From positions 1-64,000 of the forward strand of contig JAUCBJ010007690.1 of the NCBI GenBank assembly GCA_032718475.1: a stretch of DNA of 64,000 bases, given 5' to 3'. Shown here in pieces: positions 57,598 to 64,000 of this stretch. The first letter of the stretch is position 1. Each line of letters begins with the position of its first letter. A program made the translations under genes and the position numbers. The stretch comes from Nemertoderma westbladi (lineage: Eukaryota > Animalia > Xenacoelomorpha). The notes beneath the pieces are model-generated. The model saw only the letters and a program-made list of their open reading frames with translations. It made no database searches and had not been told where the DNA came from.

Positions 57598-58936
57598 AGT
57601 CAATGTGCTCTGTGTAATAAATTTTCGCGAATGTTACATTTACAGTTGCCCCAATTTCCAAAGGAGTTGGTAATCTATATTTCTAACAATAAAGTTTATG
57701 GTATGCAATGTCCTGAATAAATACTATTTTAATATTTCCTTTTTAATAAAGCCGTTGGTTCAAATATTTTTGTGGATATGATTCGTTGTTCATTAAATTT
57801 GATATAACCATAACCGGTGTTGTTATAAAAGTAGATATAGCTTTACGGTGGCTAATGTTTTTATACCAAAATGTACCAAAATTGCACAAAAAATACCAAA
57901 ATGAAGCATTATGTTATTCACTCTATCAATACATTTTTGTGTTTAAAAACATTACATTTAAAAATATTTTAAAAGAACCCCCCATTTAGAAAAATGTCAA
58001 AAAAATGTAATGGAATTTAATGGAGATAATATATAATTAAATGGAGATTTCAAATCTGCATGCAATTTTCTGATTTATTTTCTCAAACAAACTCAAGTTA
58101 TTACCCAAATCGTAAGAGCTAGTTTGATTTTTGACACGCCTTCAAGCAGCACGATGTTTTAAATTGAATAAGGCCATTTTCATAACAAAAAGTTCTCAGG
58201 GTGCAGATGTGATTAATATTGCTAAAAAGTTGTTTTATTAGTTATATTTTTAGCAAGGATGAAAAATTTCATTGAATTTCATTCATTTTTGATAAAGTTA
58301 CTTTTGAACAGAAAAATTGTATTATCTAAAATACCGGGATGTTTGAATCGTTCCTTAAACTTTATACACCTACTGTATTAGTATCTCTATCCTTTTTTCA
58401 TGGAATAGTCTATTTATCCGCTAATTTTTACTGAAATGAGTGGAAATTTTGTACAATTGTTTAGAATACCTTCGTCCAGAAGTCTTGTAAACAAATGATG
58501 CACCAAATGCTCTGGAGCCTTTTTAGTGAAAAAAAAATCAGTTCCTATTTGACGATCTCATGTGAGAAACAAGTTGTCGGATATTGGGTTTATCAAATTT
58601 AATAGAATAATTACTGTATTTTTGTACAGTTTTACTTACAGCTCTACAAAATAATAACCAGATAGATGACCAATCGACAATACAAATATAGTCGACAGTA
58701 GGGGGGCCTTTATGTGCTGGACAAATAAATACTTTAGGAATATGCCGAGACATCGACTAAAGTATGTATCAATACATGTATCAATCTGTATTAAGGCGGA
58801 CATGTACTGTACAGTAGAGTATTCCAGAGTTGTATCACCTTGGTTGCACTTGTCACGAGTGATTCATTACTTAACAAATATAAGATATTTATCAATCTTA
58901 TTGATATAACAGGAAAAAAAAATTGTAAAATTTACA

Positions 58937-58988
58937 GACGTTCAAGGCCGACGTTCAAAGCCGAAGTTCAAAGCCGCCATTCAAGGCT
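58937..58988. repeat. 13-bp tandem repeat, 4 copies
   Basis: GACGTTCAAGGCC GACGTTCAAAGCC GAAGTTCAAAGCC GCCATTCAAGGCT. Confidence 0.8.
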
Positions 58989-60066
58989 CATTTTCATAAG
59001 GAGGTAAACGTTGATTAAGCGGATAGCTGACAGCTATAATAATATTAACGTAGCAACGTATTTCCGCAAACAGATAAATCTGCCTAGTCGCGTTTTGGTA
59101 AACATTGTGTAACTGTGAATAAAGTAGGTAGCCAATGCGTAGTTAATACTGTACAATTTATTATCATGTGGAACATCTGTGTAATGTCTTTATCATGATA
59201 TGTAAGTGGGTTCCACGTGGCCCATGACACTGACCCCGTCCCATGAGTGGCTTAATAGGCCTATCTAACTACCTGTAGACATAATGATAATGTGTGTGAG
59301 ATGGTATATAGACCCAGAGGTGAGATACTTCTTACCATAATGCTCTTTATCGTAGATTAGATAACAAACAAATAGAATAAATACGTAGTTTTGGTTTAAA
59401 TTCACTTTCAAATTATTTTAGTTCATATCATGTTGTTACCGTCAATCCTAAATCAACCCGCGTATGGATGGACGCCGACGTAAGCCAGCGATGACGTCAC
59501 CTAACTTCCCCGAACTAGTCACCGGATTATTGTGAATGGGGAGAATTTTAACTGTAATGCAGATCATAAGAAAACAAAGCATTGCATTGGTTGGACATCA
59601 ATTTATTCCTCTGTGGTGGTTCTTTGTATACAATCTGTTCATATAATTTGTTCTACAAACGATCTGATTCAGAACTTATGGGCTTCCCCACTACAAAAAT
59701 AACACAAAATATTCACAAATGAGTCAAATAAACTTATTCTACAAATAACAATATCAAAATTTACTTTATAGGATTGCTGACTTTACTTTACAAGATTTTC
59801 GACTACTCTAGCTAATTTTGATACCCATCTGTCCGGCCAGTGTCATATTGCCAGTCGTGTCAGGCGCGTGTCAACCGCTACGAATGAGTTTTGAGTCCTT
59901 TCCAGGTTCGTAGTAACTCCAGAGACAGCAGACCGATCGGGCAAGATTTGCAGATTGCGGATAGTGTGGGACAAATTGTACTGAATTCACACAATATATG
60001 TAATAGAGAATCTCGAGTACTGCGGGGCAGAGAAACGGGGGCATTGTTCAGACCCACAGTTGGTAC

Positions 60067-61055
60067 CAAGGTGTACTAAATAACAGGTCATGTAGCGAGC
60101 GGATTGCTGAAATTATGCTACTTTGTTAGGTGGATATGATGACTAGGGTTCATAGAAATGTAATAAAATGTCTTTCTGGAATTTTTATCTTGTAGTTGCC
60201 AAGGTAACCGGGTGCAAAGTTCAAACTTTGCGCGCCTGTATTTCAAGGTGGCAAAGGATTCTTCCCTTGAGATTTGGTAGGTGATTAAAGGAAATAAAAG
60301 TCTATCAAAATATTTTACATTTGAATTTGTTTACATTCCCGTAGCCATGGAAATAAGTATAATGAAAAATTTGAAAAATTGTCTACCAATTCTATAAAAC
60401 ACCATTTTTATTCGGTTTGTCAGTCTAAATAATAAGTTAAAATTGCCAAAATTGTATTTTATAATTCGTCAATTGTGAATCATATTTTTAAAAGCCTATA
60501 TTTGCCAATAAACTAAACTGTCCAATCAGAGAGCAAGACCTGTGATAGCATGATTTTGACATTCCAGAATATTAAATTTCGGTTAGCAATTATTAGAAAT
60601 AAAGGACAGCCACCAGACATGTTTGTTGAAATTTATATAACTTGTAAATAGTAGCCCAATTTCTATCCGGCGGTCACAATGGGAAATTATCGTAATTCCC
60701 GTCACCATGGAAACGGGATTGAAAAAAATTTAAATGTAAAATATTTTGGCAGACTTTTATTCCCTTTACTCATATACCAAATCTCAAAAACAGAATCCCT
60801 TGTCGTCTTGAATTACAGGCGCTCGAAATTTAAACTTTGCACCCGGTTTACCTTGGCAACTACAAGATAAAAATTCCAGAAAGACATTTTATTACATTGC
60901 TATCAATCCTAGTCATCATATCCACCTAACCAAAGTTGCATAAGAGAGGTTTCTAAGAAAATATTATGAAAATAGTGCCATAAATAAGGAAAAGATCGGC
61001 CTCCGCTAAGTTCAGGAATCCGCTCGCTGCATGACCTGTTATTTAGTACACCTTG
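60067..61055. mobile_element. Non-autonomous foldback DNA transposon (MITE), P-superfamily-like
   Basis: Termini CAAGGTGTACTAAATAACAGGTCATG...CATGACCTGTTATTTAGTACACCTTG; imperfect inverted arms about 60067-60350 and 60705-61055; 8-bp TSD GTTGGTAC (60059-60066, 61056-61063); no transposase. Confidence 0.88.
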
Positions 61056-61089
61056 GTTGGTACACACATCCCGAGTTTCCGGGACATGT

Positions 61090-61330
61090 CTGTCTTTCTT
61101 TTTTTATAACTCTTCACGTATCCTTAGAATGGGTTCAATGATTCCACGACGTTTACGGAACCCATTCTGATTTCCAAGGAGCAGTCACTCAATGGGATCC
61201 CTGATGCAATTTAATAGAATTCTATTGTACAGCTTTGGAGCAATCGAGATCAATAAGATTCTACGAAAAGATTCCCAGTGTTTGGTTGCCCTTCTTGGGA
61301 ACTGGCACAATGCCTGTGCAATGGCGACAT
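61090..61330 (-). pseudogene. Decayed RTE-like non-LTR reverse transcriptase fragment (N-terminal RT domains)
   Basis: Manual translation with one frameshift: GIVPVPKKGNQT / FRRILLISIAPKLYNRILLNCIRDPIE*LLLGNQNGFRKRRGIIEPILRIR, matching IVPIPKKG...NYRGISL...NQNGFR of LINE RTs. Confidence 0.8.
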
Positions 61331-61814
61331 ACGTGTTGCTCTACTATAGTGTGAAGATGGATCTCACACTACTTGTCTGTTGCCATAGAGAGGACAAATC
61401 ATGCAAGAGATTAACTTTGTGGACAATAAGACGATGACGACTGTGAAGTCTCTAAGAGTAAATCCTGTACAGTCTAGTACAGAGGTCCTGTATTTCTTAC
61501 AAAACAGGTTATGGTGTATCTTGCACTTGTGACCACTGCATCCAGTATGTGTCCAGATCAAGTTGATTTAGTATAATAATATTTTAAGAATTCTAAAGGT
61601 GATAACTTATATAAACAATCACTAAATATTAATTTTTTTTTATTAGCTTTCGATAGCTCTCTCAATCTTTTTCAAATAAACGATATTTTAGAATAATGGC
61701 ACTACAAATAATAATACTACCCTAGCAACTAATGAGTTTGTTAAATCAGTGAATCTTTAATAATCTTTCTAATTTTTAAGGATTGAAAACATGAAGTTCA
61801 AAGTTATTGATCAC

Positions 61815-62375
61815 CGCCTCGTTGAGAACATTCAAACCCATCGGTTGTAAAGTTTCCAACCGGCACTGCCATTCTCCCTCTTTAATTCTGAATTTTTGTC
61901 GGTTCAGTTTTTTGTTTGCTGAGATTGGTAGACAATCAAATGGTGTAATTCTGAAGTATGCATTGTAAGAATGACCCGAGGTAGTAAAATGTCTGTCGAT
62001 GGCAGTCGATGGTTTATCGTTAATTATCTTTGTCTTGTAGTTGGCTATCCTAGGCTTTAAGTCCTCTGTTGAACCGATACCAAATAAGTTACATTTAATT
62101 CAAGTCACCACGTAAATTACATTTTTAGCATTGCAAGATAAATCATTTTTTTCATTTATCATTGCTGTGGTTTATGTTAGTTGTTGAGCTGACTTATTTT
62201 AAAGGTAATAATACTTTACAGGGGACACATGCCGCTCTGTCACATTTATGAACTCCTAGAAAATCACTAGATGAAGGTTCCCTTGCACACCTCAGTCTGG
62301 ATGGCGCAAGGATATTCTTTAAGGTTGGTGCCCGGCGAGTTACAACTTCCAATTTATGACTATTCCAAAAAGAGT
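61815..62375 (-). pseudogene. Penelope-like element remnant (zinc-knuckle linker plus GIY-YIG endonuclease)
   Basis: RRAPTLKNILAPS...CDRAACVPC, then LSCNAKNVIYVVT*IKCNLFGIGSTEDLKPRIANY...AIDRHF...EGEWQCRLETLQPMGLN; stops and frameshift present. Confidence 0.85.
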
Positions 62376-63195
62376 TTTGTGTAGTATACACACTGACTCT
62401 CTAATTACTTTCAGTTTGGTTCTTCCTTAGTTTAGGCCTACAGTTTAATTATCTGCAGTTGAGTCTGACCCTCCAGTTCAGATTATACTTTACCGGTACG
62501 TCGTGACTGCCGGATTATATCACCACACATTCATTATCAGTCATGGCGCAAAAAAAAATGAATTTGTCACCCAAAATATTTCTAACTCTATATATAGCTC
62601 AAAATCAACGTAATTTTATTTTTTAAATATTATATGTATCCACTGGCACGTGGCTACACCTTCAGGTTGCGACACTCTCTCTCTCTCCAACTGAGCGATC
62701 CAAAACACCATGGCCGGCTAAACCTAACTAACTATCCTAACTAATAAATTGAGTTCAGTTTCGCAGTTAAACAACCGATAATTTTTTACTGCTTCCACAA
62801 ATACAATGGTACCAACAAAACAACTAACCTTGTTTGCTGTGAGATTCCACGTCCGTGTCCTAGGTTTCAGTCTTGTCGCTGATTGCAAACCGAACCCAAC
62901 ACCCCCACACAAACCCCCACACCCCCACACAAACCCCAAACTCAGAAGCTCCGTCTCGCCATGTATCTCCAGATGGTATAAAATAATTAAGCGGTTATCC
63001 AACATGCCGGTACAAAACTTAAAAAATAATTTTATTATATATAAATTTTGGCCGAAACTGAATTCTCACAAACCTAGCTAAAATTTTTAAGAAGTTACTA
63101 ATTTACAATTTTATCCTAACGGCCCAATAAATTGTTGTATTTCTGCGATTAGTGAACAAAAGCTCTCACTGTTGCAAGCAACAGCAAAATACAAT

Positions 63196-63310
63196 GGTTC
63201 TTACTGTACGTAGTACAGTAAGTAAAAGTGGTTCTTACTGTTACGTAGTACAGTAAATAAAAGTGGTTCTTACTGTTAAACAAGCGCAATCAGGAGCTGG
63301 TTCTTACTAT
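63196..63310. repeat. Short imperfect tandem repeat, about 34-35 bp
   Basis: GGTTCTTACTGT(T)ACGTAGTACAGTAA(G/A)TAAAAGT twice, plus further GGTTCTTACT copies. Confidence 0.7.
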
Positions 63311-63709
63311 TGAACAATACAGCATTCGCAAGCAGCAAAAACATAAAGTTGCTTCTTACCGCTAAGCGGCGCTGACCAGGCCATCCACTAATATGTTTTA
63401 CTATTATTTACTATACGGCTCCTACAAATCGCTTGCTCCTTTCTCTGTTGATCGCTCAACAGAGAGCTAACTGTTCGAATCTATGAGCCACGTGGGAATA
63501 ACCAAAACAATAAACCCGAAATCAGCTCCCTAAGCTACTTAAAACAAGTGTGGGTGGCCTAACACTCGGAGTTCACTTATCGCAAAACACTGGAATTTAC
63601 TGGGTAGAACACGTCGAATGTAAGAATATTTTAATAATTTACAGGGACAGATCTGTTACTTTATTGTGTCGAAACTTGGCCTTTGGCTGGGTTTAGACCA
63701 GCAACTAAT

Positions 63710-64000
63710 ACTACTACTAGGATCGGCATGCTGCATTGCAGCTGCATTTTTAAGAATGCTGTGCCGGCTTGTCAACAAAATTGCACCGCCACAAATCCCT
63801 ATCACCCATGACATTTGCTAGATCATCCACATCTTTAAGGCCAGTGTCCTTTAAGATGCGTCTCAAGAAAGTCATGGGCTGTCCACCATGCTTATTCACT
63901 CCATGAGGCTGCCAAAGTACAAGATTATGCACTGGCTGGTCCTCACAGCGAAAGCAATGTCCTGCAAAGCGGAGGCGATTTTGTTCTAGTGTCAAGCTTG
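63710..64000 (-). mobile_element. 3' end of an RTE-clade non-LTR retrotransposon (continues past the right edge)
   Basis: RLRFAGHCFR...VLWQP.HG...GGQP...DRDLWR is the typical RTE C-terminus; stop at 63750, short 3' UTR, then (TAG)n tail at about 63710-63720. Confidence 0.85.

Noticed and set aside
57745-58340. Possible TTAA-flanked DNA transposon remnant
   Set aside because: Terminal inverted similarity (GGTTCAAATAT vs ATGTTTGAATC) is too weak and no clear TSD.
61126-61168. 11-bp inverted repeat AGAATGGGTTC/GAACCCATTCT as a terminator or RNA stem
   Set aside because: Lies within the decayed RT coding remnant; no supporting context.
57786-63081. Remaining 60-93 aa ORFs in the right flank (apart from those assigned to TE remnants)
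   Set aside because: Short, often non-ATG starts, no domain motifs; several lie inside TE debris.
62700-63140. Helentron/HINE-like element suggested by AACCTAAC and CCCCACAC motifs
   Set aside because: Could not define termini, subterminal inverted repeats or a 3' hairpin.

Overview
Eukaryotic (probably invertebrate animal) repeat-rich DNA. About 49 kb (1-57035) is one AT-rich 36-bp satellite (CATTGCATAATTAATTCAGGTATTGATTCATTATAA) with regional variant domains and nested multi-kb duplications. Two retroelements interrupt it. The first is a very young 6.6-kb BEL/Pao-type LTR element (666-bp LTRs, CATTG target duplication). It lacks gag, protease and the RT N-terminus, has no tRNA-type PBS but a PBS-position sequence complementary to its own LTR (candidate self-priming), carries a second U5/PBS copy and a second PPT bracketing pol, and has a hairpin-dense 3' region. 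The second is a 5'-truncated CRE-like (RLE endonuclease) non-LTR element with a 16-bp TSD. The array ends exactly at the 3' end of a disrupted signal-peptide, Ig-like gene on the minus strand. The satellite's only open frame (MQCYNESIPELI) is on that same strand, and its commonest variants are synonymous or frame-preserving. The last 7 kb holds decayed TEs: a P-like foldback MITE, RTE-like RT fragments and a Penelope GIY-YIG remnant. All alignments were done by eye; family assignments rest on motifs, not database searches.
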